Positions 29,351-39,446 of a stretch of 64,000 nt of DNA are shown one piece after another; position 1 is the stretch's first letter; each line of letters begins with the position of its first letter. Origin of the DNA: Rhabdothermincola salaria (GTDB lineage Bacteria; Actinomycetota; Acidimicrobiia; Acidimicrobiales; Acidimicrobilacustridaceae); NCBI RefSeq assembly GCF_021246445.1, contig NZ_JAJQXW010000001.1, positions 1,070,168 through 1,134,167 of the forward strand. Direction: 5' to 3'. The notes under the pieces are model-generated. The model made no database searches. It had not been told where the DNA came from and saw nothing but the letters and a program-made list of their open reading frames with translations. The position numbers and the translations under genes are program-made.

Positions 29351-30238
29351 ATGCCGTTGCTTCGCATCACCTGCCCGACCGGGCACACCGATGCCATCGT
29401 CGCCGTGCTGTCCGCCGACGCCGCCGCCAGCGAGATCGCGGTGATCCCCCGAGCCAGTCGGATGACGGACGGCGACGTCGTGCTGGCCGAGGTGCCGCGC
29501 TCGTCAGTCGACCGCATCCTCGCCCTGCTCCCCCACCGCGGCCCCATCGACGGCCTCCATGTCGCCGTCGAGGGATCCGAGGTGCTCTACCCGCGAGGGG
29601 CGGAGGACGACCCCGACGACGATGCCGTCGTGTGGGCGGCCGTCACCCAGGAGGTCCACGATGCCGGCCGCCTGTCGTGGATCAACGTGGCGCTCATGGT
29701 CATCGCCGCGGCCATCGCCGCAGTGGGCATCATCGAGGACCAGCTGCTGCTGATCGTCGGGGCCATGGCGCTCAGTCCCGACTACTTCCCGGTGGCCGAC
29801 ACCTGCCTGTCCGTCGTCCACCGCAACTGGGACCGGGTGCGCCGCGGGCTGATCGCGCTCGTGGTCAGCTTCACCGCGGCCGCCGCCGGGGCGTGGGCCC
29901 TCACCGAGATCCTGCGCCTCACGGGGGTGGCCCGGGCCGACGCCGTGCCCAGCCAGCAGCTCACGCTGTTCATCTCCGAGCCGGACACCCTCTCGGTGGT
30001 GGTGGCCGTGCTGGCCGGCATCGCCGGGGCGCTGGCCATCACCCTTCCCGATGCTCGCGGCCTGGTCGGGGTCTTCGTGTCGATCACGACCATCCCGGCC
30101 GCGGCCAACATCGGGGTGGCCCTCGCCGGGCGGGACCACTCCGAGCTGTTCGGCGCGTCGGTCCAACTCGGCGTGAACGTGGCCAGCCTGCTCGTCGCCG
30201 GGGTGGTCACCCTCGAGCTGCGCCGCCGGTTGGCCTGA
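29351..30238 (+). CDS. DUF389 family membrane protein
   Basis: ATG at 29351 (MPLLRITCPTGHTDAIVAVL); cytoplasmic N-domain then several TM helices typical of DUF389. Confidence 0.6.
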   Translation: MPLLRITCPTGHTDAIVAVLSADAAASEIAVIPRASRMTDGDVVLAEVPRSSVDRILALLPHRGPIDGLHVAVEGSEVLYPRGAEDDPDDDAVVWAAVTQEVHDAGRLSWINVALMVIAAAIAAVGIIEDQLLLIVGAMALSPDYFPVADTCLSVVHRNWDRVRRGLIALVVSFTAAAAGAWALTEILRLTGVARADAVPSQQLTLFISEPDTLSVVVAVLAGIAGALAITLPDARGLVGVFVSITTIPAAANIGVALAGRDHSELFGASVQLGVNVASLLVAGVVTLELRRRLA

Positions 30239-30334
30239 GCGGGGCGACCCCGGCCGCTCCTGGACGGCCGGCGGCCCTCGCCCTCACGCGACACCGTGGT
30301 AGCGTCCCAGGACGCAATCAGTCGAGGGGGCCCC

Positions 30335-31303
30335 ATGACCAGCACCGACACCACCGAGATCGTCGCCGACGCCGACCCGGGCGCCCGCCTCGGCGCACAC
30401 CGCCGCACCGATGCGCTCGGCCTCACGATGGGCCCGGTCACCCACCTGGGAGACGACCGTGCCCACCTCGCCGCCTTGCGGTGGCAGCACTTCTCCGTGC
30501 GCCAGCTCGGTTCCACCCTCGGCGCCGAGATCGCCGGGGTCGACCTCACCCGTGAGCTGGCCGACCCGGTGGTCGACGAGCTGCGCGAGGCGCTCCACGC
30601 CTACAAGGTCATCTTCTTCCGGGACCAACCCCTCTCCCCCGACCAGCACGTGGCGTTCGCCAGCCGCTTCGGGGAGCTGGAGGTGCACCCGTTCATCCCG
30701 TCGAACACCGGGCACCCCGAGCTCGTCCGCTTCGAGAAGTCGGCCGATGCCGCCGGCTACGAGAACCTCTGGCACCACGACGTGACGTGGCGGGAGCGCC
30801 CGTCGATGGGAGCCGTCCTGCACGCCATCGACGTGCCGGCCGTCGGCGGCGACACGCTGTTCTGCGACATGTACGCCGCCTACGAGGGCCTCGACGACGA
30901 CCTCAAGGTCCGTCTCGACGGTCTGGTGGCCCGCCACGACTTCGCCAAGGCGTTCGGCCACGGGCTGGCCCCCGACAAGCTCGCCGAGATGCGCGAGCGC
31001 TACCCCGTCGTGGAGCACCCGGTCGTGGTCACCCATGACGGCACCGGACGCCGTCTGCTCTACGTGAACCGGGTCTTCACCGACAGCATCGTCGGGCTCG
31101 ACCGAGACGAGAGCGATGACCTGCTGCTGCATCTGTACCGCCAGGCCGAGACGGTGGAGTACCAGGTGCGCTTCAGCTGGGAACCCGACTCGGTCGCCTT
31201 CTGGGACAACCGAGCCGTGCAGCACTACGCGGCCAGCGACTACTGGCCCGAGCGGCGGGTCATGGAGCGGGCGAGCATCACCGGCGACCGTCCCCACGCC
31301 TGA
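30335..31303 (+). CDS. TauD/TfdA family Fe(II)/2-oxoglutarate-dependent dioxygenase
   Basis: HxD facial triad region WHHDVTW, C-terminal RVMERASITG; start at M14 of track ORF (30296 also possible). Confidence 0.7.
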   Translation: MTSTDTTEIVADADPGARLGAHRRTDALGLTMGPVTHLGDDRAHLAALRWQHFSVRQLGSTLGAEIAGVDLTRELADPVVDELREALHAYKVIFFRDQPLSPDQHVAFASRFGELEVHPFIPSNTGHPELVRFEKSADAAGYENLWHHDVTWRERPSMGAVLHAIDVPAVGGDTLFCDMYAAYEGLDDDLKVRLDGLVARHDFAKAFGHGLAPDKLAEMRERYPVVEHPVVVTHDGTGRRLLYVNRVFTDSIVGLDRDESDDLLLHLYRQAETVEYQVRFSWEPDSVAFWDNRAVQHYAASDYWPERRVMERASITGDRPHA

Positions 31304-31327
31304 ACGCAGGGCCCGGCCCCGGCCGGC

Positions 31328-32674
31328 TCACTCGGCCTGACCATCTCCCCCCGGGGGGGTGGGGCCCTCACCGGCGTCGCCGGTTCCGGCACCGACCGCG
31401 GCCGGGACCGGGCCGGAGGCATCGGCCTCGTCGTCGGGGCGCATCGACTTGAAGATGTCGACGCCGGTGGCCGTCTCGAGCTGCTCGGCCAGACTGATGA
31501 CGGTCGCCGGCAGCTGGTTCATGAACCCCGGGATGCCCGAGCCCTGACCGCCGCTGTCGATGATGGAGACCTTCTCGATGTCGACCGCGTTCACGGTCGA
31601 CACGATCTTGTCGATGATCTCGGGCAGCATGCGCAGCACGAAGATGCGCTGGGCGTCGTCGCCGGCGGCCTGGTACTCCTCGACGAGGCGGCGGAACACC
31701 TCCACCTGAGCGTTGCCGTCCTCGATGATCGAGGCGGCCTCGGCCTTGGCGGCCAGCTCCTTGGCCTCCAGGTTGGCCTTGGCGGGGGCCACGACGTCTG
31801 CTTCCAGGCGACGGGTCTCGAGCTGGATGCGCTCGGCCTCCAGCGTCTGCTCGGCCACGACCCGGGCCTTCTCGCCGGCCACCTTGGCCTCGGCCTCGGC
31901 CGCGCCGGCCAGGGCCTCGAGCTCGGCCTGGCGCACCCGCAGGGCGTTCTGCTCCTCGGAGATGCGCAGCTGGGCGTGCGCGGCCGCGATCTCGGCGCGC
32001 TGCCGGGACGTGGCCTCGGTCTCTTCGGCCTCGGCCTTGCGCACCGCCTCGGCCACACGCGCTTCCTTGAGCACCTCGGCGGTCTGGCGACGGCCGACCG
32101 AATCGAGGTAGCCGACCTCGTCAGTGACGTTCTGGATCTTGAGCACGTCGAGCTCGAGGCCGAGGGTCTTGATGTCGTCGTCGGCCTCCTCGATGAGGGT
32201 CTGGGCGAACTTGAGGCGGTCCTCGTTGACCTCTTCGGGGGTCAGGGTGGCCAACACGCCACGCAGGTTGGCTTCGAGCGTCTCCTTGGCGATGGCGGCG
32301 ATGTAGTTCTGGTCGCGGTCGAGGAAGCGCTCGACGGAGTTCTGCAACAGGCCCTCGACGCTGGAGACCTTGACGTTGGCGATGCCCTGGACGTTGAGCG
32401 GGATGGCCCCGGCGGAGTACGCGTTCTGGACGGCGACCTCGATGGGGATGGTGTTGAGCTCCATCCAGTCGACCTTCTCCAGCAACGGCACCCGCAGCGT
32501 GCGTCCGCCACGGATGGCGCGGTAACCGACCTTGCGGCCGTCGCTCAGCTCTCGGGCCCGGCCCGAGATCACCGCCACCCGGTTCGGAGGGCAGATGATG
32601 AGAAGGCTCTTCACCGTGAACAAGATGAAGAGGATGACGAACGCCACGATGGCGCCGAGGACGAGTCCGGTCAT
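31328..32674 (-). CDS. flotillin / SPFH-domain protein (YuaG/FloT-like)
   Basis: ATG at 32674 with GGAG RBS; N-terminal TM, SPFH domain, long Ala/Glu-rich coiled coil. Confidence 0.8.
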   Translation of the reverse strand: MTGLVLGAIVAFVILFILFTVKSLLIICPPNRVAVISGRARELSDGRKVGYRAIRGGRTLRVPLLEKVDWMELNTIPIEVAVQNAYSAGAIPLNVQGIANVKVSSVEGLLQNSVERFLDRDQNYIAAIAKETLEANLRGVLATLTPEEVNEDRLKFAQTLIEEADDDIKTLGLELDVLKIQNVTDEVGYLDSVGRRQTAEVLKEARVAEAVRKAEAEETEATSRQRAEIAAAHAQLRISEEQNALRVRQAELEALAGAAEAEAKVAGEKARVVAEQTLEAERIQLETRRLEADVVAPAKANLEAKELAAKAEAASIIEDGNAQVEVFRRLVEEYQAAGDDAQRIFVLRMLPEIIDKIVSTVNAVDIEKVSIIDSGGQGSGIPGFMNQLPATVISLAEQLETATGVDIFKSMRPDDEADASGPVPAAVGAGTGDAGEGPTPPGGDGQAE

Positions 32675-32753
32675 GGGTGAGCTCCAGGTTCGGGGATGGT
32701 GGGGCCGGGGACACCGGCGCGAGGAGTGAGTGGTCGGGACGAGAGCACGGCGG

Positions 32754-33287
32754 TCACTCGAGCTCCCGGTCGAGACGGGTGACCCGGGCGATGCCGTCGG
32801 CGACATCGACGACGAGGACGGGATCACCAGCGGCCAGCGCCGCCGTGCCGGGGATGGCTTCGGCGGAGAGGTAGACGGGCTGGTCACCGACGGAGACGGC
32901 GATGCGCCCCCGATGGGCTTCGGCCACCGGGATCACCACCCGCCCGATGCTGCCGGCGAGGGCGGCATCGCCCATCTCGCTGGTGGATTCGGAGCTGCGC
33001 AGGAACGAGAACACCACGCTGTTGAGCACGGCGGCCAGCACGGCGACCCCCACAGCCGCGAGCAGCGTCACCCCGAAGCCGGCATCGAGCAGGGTGAGCG
33101 CCAACCCGGTGACACCGAAGCCGGCGGCAGCGATGGCCACGCTGTTGAGGGGCAGCAGTCGGAACATGACCGCGCTGATCCCGTCGGCGTCGCCGCCGGC
33201 ATCGCCACCGTCGTCGACCCCGGCGACGAGGAACCAGAGCACCAGCGGGATGCCCACAGCCGCGGCGAACAGATAGACCCCCGTCAC
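32754..33287 (-). CDS. NfeD family membrane protein (YuaF-like), flotillin partner
   Basis: 177 aa; TM helices then C-terminal OB-fold (GRVVIPVAEAHRGRIAVSVGDQPVY); upstream of flotillin. Confidence 0.7.
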   Translation of the reverse strand: MTGVYLFAAAVGIPLVLWFLVAGVDDGGDAGGDADGISAVMFRLLPLNSVAIAAAGFGVTGLALTLLDAGFGVTLLAAVGVAVLAAVLNSVVFSFLRSSESTSEMGDAALAGSIGRVVIPVAEAHRGRIAVSVGDQPVYLSAEAIPGTAALAAGDPVLVVDVADGIARVTRLDRELE

Positions 33288-33383
33288 CTCGCTGCTACCT
33301 CCACCGCGACCAACCTACCGGCGCCCGCAACGAAAGGTCGGGTCGGTCGGCCCGGTCGCCGCGCGGGTGGTGACGCTCTCACC

Positions 33384-34994
33384 TCACATGACGTGGGCGG
33401 TGGTGTCGGCCGACGGCGCCTCTCCCCCGCCCGCCTCGACCAGCTCGGCCACCCGCCGACCGGGCAGGAGCACCACCAGCACCAGGCCCACGATCATGAT
33501 CGGGACGGCCACCGCGAACGCACTCGAGAGCCCGATGGCGAACGAGTCGACCACCTCCACCTGGACCTCGGCCGGCAACGCCGCCACCCGCTGGGGATCA
33601 CCCTGCACGTCGGCCGGCGCGAAGCCGGGAAGCCGGATCGCCACCTCCGAGAGCAGGCGGGAGGTGAACACGCTGCCCACGACGGCGACACCGATGGAGC
33701 TGCCGAGGACGCGCGCCACCATCACGGTGGACGTGGCCACCCCCATGTCCGTGGCGCTGCTGGCGCGTTGGACCACGTACAGCAAGGTCTGCATCACGAA
33801 GCCGACGCCGACCCCGGCCACCATGGCGTAGACGGTGACGGTCGCCGCCGAGGTGTCGGCCCCGATCGTGGCCAGCAGGGCGTAGCCGGCGATGAGGAAG
33901 CCCATGCCCACCAGCGGGATGACCTTGTAGCCACCGACCCGGTCGGTGAGCTGGCCCGCCAACAGCGTGCTCACCGCACAGGTGAACGCGAACGGGGCCA
34001 GGAGCAGGCCCGACGAGGCCGCACTGACCCCGGCCACCGCCTGGAAGAACACCGGCGGGTAGATGATCCCCACCGTGAAGCCGAACCCGGCGACCAGGTT
34101 CGAGGCCGTGGCCAGCGCCGTGATGCGGGTGGACAGGATCCGCAGCGGCACCAGCGGCTCTGGGGCCCGGCCCTCCCACCAGACGAACGCCACGGCCAGC
34201 GCCACCGCGGCCGCGAAGTAGGTGAGGGCCACCGGCGAAGCCCACGACTCACCGCTCTCACCCCGGCTCAGCCCCAACATCAGACAACCAGCGGCCCCGG
34301 CGAAGAGCACTGCCCCGGCGACGTCGATGCGATGGCGAAGGTAGTGCAGCTGCTTGGGTTGCAGCAGCAGCGCCGCCAGGCAGATGAGCCCGCTGGGGAT
34401 GTTGACGTAGAAGGCCCACCGCCACGACAGGTGGTCGACGAACATGCCGCCGGCGAAGGGTCCCAGCACGCTGGTGGCGGCGAAGACCAGGCCTGTGTAG
34501 CCCAGGTAGCGGCCCAGCTTCTCCGCCGGGACGAGGTCGGCGACGAGCGCCATGCCGAGACCGGTGATCCCACCGGCGCCGATGCCCTGCAGGACACGGA
34601 ACCCGATGAGCATCGGCATGCTGTTGGACAGCCCGCAGGCGGCGCTGGCCACCAGGAAGACCACGATGGCGAGGGTGAAGAGGCGCCGCCGCCCGTAGAT
34701 GTCGCCGAGCTTGCCGTAGACGGGCATCGACGTGACCTGGGCGAGGAGGTAGCCGGTGGTGAGCCACGGCAGCAGCGACAGCTCGCCGAGCTCGGCGATG
34801 AGCGTGGGCGCAGCGGTCGCCACGATCGAGGCGTCGAGGCCCGACAGGGTGGTGCCGAGCAGGATGCCTCCGAAGGCGATCGCCACCTTGATCGGCGTGA
34901 GGCTGTGGGTCGCCTCAGCCTCGGGCGGCGCCGGACCCGGGGAGGGACCACCACCGGGAGGGTCACCGACGGACCGGGTGCCGTCGATGCTCAC
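33384..34994 (-). CDS. MFS transporter, DHA2 (14-TMS drug:H+ antiporter) family
   Basis: 536-aa C-terminal part of track ORF 33384..35570; MFS motifs GKLGDIYGRRRL; GTG at 34994 overlapping enoyl-CoA hydratase TGA (GTGA). Confidence 0.75.
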   Translation of the reverse strand: MSIDGTRSVGDPPGGGPSPGPAPPEAEATHSLTPIKVAIAFGGILLGTTLSGLDASIVATAAPTLIAELGELSLLPWLTTGYLLAQVTSMPVYGKLGDIYGRRRLFTLAIVVFLVASAACGLSNSMPMLIGFRVLQGIGAGGITGLGMALVADLVPAEKLGRYLGYTGLVFAATSVLGPFAGGMFVDHLSWRWAFYVNIPSGLICLAALLLQPKQLHYLRHRIDVAGAVLFAGAAGCLMLGLSRGESGESWASPVALTYFAAAVALAVAFVWWEGRAPEPLVPLRILSTRITALATASNLVAGFGFTVGIIYPPVFFQAVAGVSAASSGLLLAPFAFTCAVSTLLAGQLTDRVGGYKVIPLVGMGFLIAGYALLATIGADTSAATVTVYAMVAGVGVGFVMQTLLYVVQRASSATDMGVATSTVMVARVLGSSIGVAVVGSVFTSRLLSEVAIRLPGFAPADVQGDPQRVAALPAEVQVEVVDSFAIGLSSAFAVAVPIMIVGLVLVVLLPGRRVAELVEAGGGEAPSADTTAHVM

Positions 34995-35830
34995 GGGGCG
35001 CCGTCGTCGCCACCCCGACGCGCCGCCCGGCGGGCGGCGTCGGCGGCGTTGTGGCGCTTCATGGTGCCCAGCGGGTCGGCCTTGAACGCCTCGACCGACT
35101 GCTGGTGCCCGGCCAGGGCCTGGAACTCCGAGCCGGAGCGGATGGCGGCCCGCACACCCATGACGTCGGCCTGGCGGTGCACGAGGCGCTTGTTGATCTG
35201 GGCCAGGTCGGACGCGACACCGGCGACCCGTTCGGCGACGTCGAGGACGGCGTCGTCGAGTTGGTCGGCGGGGAACGACTTGTTGGCCCACCCCACCGCA
35301 ACCGCCTCGGCCCCGGTCATGTCCTCGCCGGTGAGCATGATCTCCATGGCCCGGCGCATGCCCAACAGGGGCATGTGGTACTGCCAGTCCGGCGGGCTGG
35401 CCACCCGCACGATGGGATAGCCGATGCGGGCATCGTCGGCCACGTAGACGAGGTCGCAGGCCTGGGCCAGCTCGGTGGCCCCGGCGATGGCATAGCCGTG
35501 GACCTGGGCGATGACGGGCTTGGCCAGGTCCCAGAAGGCGAACCAGTTGTCGGTGACGTGGCGCGACCACGACCCGTCGCCGGGCGCGGTGTGGAAGGGC
35601 GGCTCGGCCATGAGGTCGCCGCCGAGGTCGTAGCCGGCCGAGAAGCAGTCGCCGGCACCCTTGATGACGGTGACGCGCACGTCGTCGTCGAAGTCGTGGG
35701 CGGAGAGCGCGTCGAGGAGCTCGGCCCGGAGGGGGGTGGAGATGGCGTTGCGCTTCTCCGGGCGGTTCAAGACGATGCGCCGGACACCCTCGCTAGGGGT
35801 CTCGACGGCAATGAGCTCGTAGTCGGTCAC
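34991..35830 (-). CDS. enoyl-CoA hydratase/isomerase family protein
   Basis: 279 aa crotonase fold (RIVLNRPEKRNA, AQVHGYAIAGATELA). Confidence 0.8.
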   Translation of the reverse strand: MTDYELIAVETPSEGVRRIVLNRPEKRNAISTPLRAELLDALSAHDFDDDVRVTVIKGAGDCFSAGYDLGGDLMAEPPFHTAPGDGSWSRHVTDNWFAFWDLAKPVIAQVHGYAIAGATELAQACDLVYVADDARIGYPIVRVASPPDWQYHMPLLGMRRAMEIMLTGEDMTGAEAVAVGWANKSFPADQLDDAVLDVAERVAGVASDLAQINKRLVHRQADVMGVRAAIRSGSEFQALAGHQQSVEAFKADPLGTMKRHNAADAARRAARRGGDDGAP

Positions 35831-36885
35831 GCTCGTTCCTCCTCGTGGGTCTGGTCGCGGGAGCCGGCGAGCTCGGCCACCAGCTCCAGGCCTTCGATCT
35901 GCTCGCTGCGCACGATGAGCCCGGTGAGACCGGCTCGGGTCCAGGGCTCCCAGCGAGAGCGGATGCGCTCCGGCGATCCGATGAGCGCACCGTCATCGTG
36001 GTACTCGTCGGGCACGGCGGCCACGGCCTCCTCGCGGCGGCCCGCCAACCACAGCTCGTGGATGCGCGCCGCTGCTTCCGGGAAGCCCCGACGGGCCATG
36101 GCCTCACGGTGGTAGTTGTGCGATTCGCTGCCCATGCCGCCGACGTACATGGCGGTGAGGGGCTTCATGGCGTCGAGCGCCCCCTGCACGTCGTCGGTGA
36201 GCACGACGCTGCAGCCCCCGAAGACCTCGAAGTCGGCTGGCCGGCCACCTCGCCGGGCGAAGCCCGCCTCGAGCGCCGGACCGTAGACCTCGTCGCCGTC
36301 GAAGCCCCACCCCATGGGCAACATGCCGTCAGCCACCTCGGCGCTCAGCTCGGTGTTCTTGGGGCCGCCTGCGGCGAGCCACACCTCGATCTCGCCGGCG
36401 GGGTGCAGGATCGACTTGAGCGCCTTGCCCTGGTTGAGGGTGCGGGGCCCGTCGTAGGGCAGGGGGAACTCCGGGCCCTCGTTGGTGAGGGGCTCGCGAG
36501 CGAAGACCTTGCGCATGATGGCGACGTACTCACGCAGTCGACGGTTGGGGCTGCCCCACGGCTGGCCGTACCACCCCTCGACGATCTGGGGTCCGGACAC
36601 CCCGAGGCCCACGATCACCCGACTGCCGCCGGCCAGGGCGTCGATGGTGAGGGCGTGCATGGCGGTGGCCGCCGGGGTACGCGCCGCGATCTGCACGACA
36701 CCCGTCGCCAGCTTGATGCGGCTGGTGAGGGCGGCCAGGTAGGCCAACGGGGAGAAGGCGTCGGAGCCGTAGGCCTCGGCGGTCCACACGGAGTGGAAGC
36801 CGAGGTCCTCGGCGCGCCGGACGTGGTCGACGGGGACCTCCATGGAGGCGCCGCGGTAGAGGTCGAGACCCAGGGCGAGCTTCAT
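35827..36885 (-). CDS. LLM-class (luciferase-like) flavin/F420-dependent oxidoreductase
   Basis: 352 aa TIM-barrel LLM family; ATGA overlap with downstream hydratase. Confidence 0.75.
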   Translation of the reverse strand: MKLALGLDLYRGASMEVPVDHVRRAEDLGFHSVWTAEAYGSDAFSPLAYLAALTSRIKLATGVVQIAARTPAATAMHALTIDALAGGSRVIVGLGVSGPQIVEGWYGQPWGSPNRRLREYVAIMRKVFAREPLTNEGPEFPLPYDGPRTLNQGKALKSILHPAGEIEVWLAAGGPKNTELSAEVADGMLPMGWGFDGDEVYGPALEAGFARRGGRPADFEVFGGCSVVLTDDVQGALDAMKPLTAMYVGGMGSESHNYHREAMARRGFPEAAARIHELWLAGRREEAVAAVPDEYHDDGALIGSPERIRSRWEPWTRAGLTGLIVRSEQIEGLELVAELAGSRDQTHEEERA

Positions 36886-37009
36886 GCCGGCGAGTCTCGC
36901 GCAGGCGATGTGGCGTCCATCACACCGGGCGCACCCCGTTCGGCCGGGGCATCGGGCCCGGGGCTCACCATCCGAGTGCCGACGGCGCCGGGGGTAGCCT
37001 TCGGGCCAC

Positions 37010-37083
37010 GCCCCTGTAGCTCAATCGGATAGAGCGGCCGGCTTCTACCCGGCAGGTTCCGGGTTCGATTCCTGGCGGGGGCA
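37010..37083 (+). tRNA. tRNA-Arg (anticodon TCT)
   Basis: Acceptor gcccctg/cgggggc, anticodon loop cttctac; CCA not encoded. Confidence 0.75.
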
Positions 37084-37157
37084 CACCGAGGCGCAGCCAT
37101 CCCCGCACCACCGGTTTCGTCCCGGCGGCTCGGTCCGCGTAAGCTCGCCAGTCCCAT

Positions 37158-37246
37158 GGTGGGCGTAGCTCAGCTCGGTTAGAGCGCCAGGTTGTGGCCC
37201 TGGAGGTCGGGGGTTCGAGTCCCCTCGCTCACCCCATGGAGGTGGT
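37158..37246 (+). tRNA. tRNA-His (anticodon GTG) with G-1
   Basis: Extra 5' G before acceptor gtgggcg/cgctcac, anticodon loop ttgtggc, CCA encoded. Confidence 0.75.
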
Positions 37247-37302
37247 GGCACCCACCGTTCGCGATGGGTGCCACCACCGCCACCGCAAGGACGTACACTC
37301 GA

Positions 37303-37377
37303 CAACCCACATGCGCCTCTAGCTCAATGGCAGAGCAACGGACTCTTAATCCGCAGGTTCTGGGTTCGAATCCCAGG
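37303..37377 (+). tRNA. tRNA-Lys (anticodon CTT)
   Basis: Acceptor gcgcctc/ggggcgt (two GU pairs), anticodon loop ctcttaa, T-loop ttcgaat, CCA encoded. Confidence 0.7.
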
Positions 37378-37480
37378 GGGCGTACCACCGAATCACCAGC
37401 GAGGCCCGGGCCCAGCGCCCGGGCCTCGCCGCGTTCTCGTCTCCGACACCGACCGGGCCCTGACGAGTACGGTGCCGCCG

Positions 37481-38278
37481 ATGCCGGAGGCTCCCCGTCC
37501 CCTCGAGCGCGTCGTCCTGGTCGCCGCCACCAACCGCAGCGGCAGCACGTTGCTGTGCCGTGCGCTCGCCGCGACCGGACGGCTCGGGGCACCCGCTGAA
37601 CCTCTGACCTTCCGCAACCTCCGGGAGAACCGCTCGGGCCTCGGTCCGGTGCATGTCAAGCCGAGAGCCCGGGTCGGGCAGCTGCGGCGCCGGCTCGCCG
37701 GCCGACCGGACTGGAGGGACCTGGGGCAGTCGGCCTTCACGTCGCGAACGGCGCGTCGGGTCCTCGACGGTGTGGCCGACCGGCACACGAGCGACGACGG
37801 TGTCCTCGCCCTCAAGGTGATGTGGAGCGACTACTCCGAACTCTTCGGCTCGCACGGGTTCGACGCCGGCTACTGGGAGCGACCGGTGAGCTGGGTGCGG
37901 ATCCGGCGCGACGACCGGCTCGGACAGGCGTTGTCGTGGAGCCGGGCGATCAGCACGGACCAGTGGACGGCGGCGATGGCCTCCCGGTCCGAGCCCACCT
38001 ACGACCGGTCGCAGATCGAACGCTGCCTCGAGCGCATCGAACACGAGGAGACCGGCTGGGACGGCTACTTCGCCGACCACGCCATCGAGCCCTTGACGGT
38101 GACCTACGAGGACCTCGACGCCGACTACGAGGGCACGGTTCGCACCGTCTTCGACCACCTGGGCGCAGCCGACGCGCCGCTTCCCCCACGGCTGCTCGAG
38201 CGGCAGGCCGACGACCTCACCGCCCAGTGGCGGGCCCGCTACCTGGCCGAGTCCGGCGGGAACGCCCCCGTGGCCTGA
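37481..38278 (+). CDS. Stf0-type sulfotransferase family protein
   Basis: VVLVAATNRSGSTLL PAPS-binding P-loop and overall similarity to Stf0 (trehalose 2-sulfotransferase) family; ATG at 37481 in-frame within track ORF 37268..38278. Confidence 0.65.
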   Translation: MPEAPRPLERVVLVAATNRSGSTLLCRALAATGRLGAPAEPLTFRNLRENRSGLGPVHVKPRARVGQLRRRLAGRPDWRDLGQSAFTSRTARRVLDGVADRHTSDDGVLALKVMWSDYSELFGSHGFDAGYWERPVSWVRIRRDDRLGQALSWSRAISTDQWTAAMASRSEPTYDRSQIERCLERIEHEETGWDGYFADHAIEPLTVTYEDLDADYEGTVRTVFDHLGAADAPLPPRLLERQADDLTAQWRARYLAESGGNAPVA

Positions 38279-38315
38279 CGACGACCCCCCACGACGTGCT
38301 AGGAACCGTCCCGGC

Positions 38316-39425
38316 ATGCGCGTCCTGTACCTCTCGGCGGCCTACCTGCCCCACGTCGGCGGCATCGAAGTGCTGCTCCACCAGATCTGCCGACAGCTGC
38401 GCGACCACGGCCACGCGGTGGAGATCGTGAGCGCCGACGCCCCCGCTCCCGACGAGGTCGACGGGGTGCGGGTCCACCGTCTCGACGTGCAGACGCCGAT
38501 GCGAGCACGGGACGTGCGCGGGCTCCATGCCCTGCACCGCCGCCTGCGTGAGGTCATGACGGCGTTCCGACCCGACGTGGTGCACTCCCACGACATGGGC
38601 GCCCTGCTCTGGCTCCACCAACGAGCAACCCGGAGCTCGCCGGTGCCGCTCGTGGTCACCGTGCACAACGTCATGACCCGGCACCTCCAGGGCGCCGCGG
38701 GTGCCCAGGTGCCGATGGGACAGATGCTCGAGAAGGCCGACGTGGTCACCGCGGTCTCCGAGCATGCCCTCGAGGACACCCTGTCGTACGTGCCAGCGCT
38801 CACCGGCCGCATCCGGTACCTGCCCAACGGGGTCCCGTCGCCCCCGGGCCGCGAGTCCGACGTGGTCGCCGACCCGCGACAGGTCGTCTTCGTGGGCCGC
38901 CTCACCGCACAGAAGGGCGTCGACGTCCTCCTCGACGCGATGGCACAGGTGGCGGCGGTCGCCCCGGATGTCCGCCTCCTCGTCGTCGGCGAGGGGCCCG
39001 ACGGCGCTGCGCTCCGGGCGGTCGCCTCCGACCTCGGCCTCGGCGGCACCGTGCGCTTCCTCGGGCGCACCGGCACCGCCACCGTGGCGGCCCTCATGGC
39101 CCGGAGCGCCCTCGTCGTCATGCCGTCGCGGTACGAGGGCCTGCCCCTCGTCGCCCTCGAAGCAGCATGGGCCGGTCGCCCGGTGCTGGGCACCCGGGTG
39201 CCGGGCCTGAGCGAGGCGGTGGTCGACGGTGGTACGGGCGTGCTGGTGGCGCCCGAGGACCCCTCGGCCCTGGCCCGGGCCATGGTCGATCTGCTGGCGG
39301 CGCCCGACCGCCGCCGCGAGCTCGGCCGGGCGGCCCGACGTCGCGCCGAACAGAAGTATGGCCTCGAAAGGTGCGTCGAGCGCTACGAGACGATCTACCG
39401 TCAGCTCGCCGTCCCGGCGCACTGA
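38316..39425 (+). CDS. GT4 family glycosyltransferase
   Basis: 369 aa GT-B fold; C-terminal EGLPLVALEAAWAGRPV motif (EX7E-like). Confidence 0.8.
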   Translation: MRVLYLSAAYLPHVGGIEVLLHQICRQLRDHGHAVEIVSADAPAPDEVDGVRVHRLDVQTPMRARDVRGLHALHRRLREVMTAFRPDVVHSHDMGALLWLHQRATRSSPVPLVVTVHNVMTRHLQGAAGAQVPMGQMLEKADVVTAVSEHALEDTLSYVPALTGRIRYLPNGVPSPPGRESDVVADPRQVVFVGRLTAQKGVDVLLDAMAQVAAVAPDVRLLVVGEGPDGAALRAVASDLGLGGTVRFLGRTGTATVAALMARSALVVMPSRYEGLPLVALEAAWAGRPVLGTRVPGLSEAVVDGGTGVLVAPEDPSALARAMVDLLAAPDRRRELGRAARRRAEQKYGLERCVERYETIYRQLAVPAH

Positions 39426-39446
39426 CCATCCGACCCAGGAGCACCG

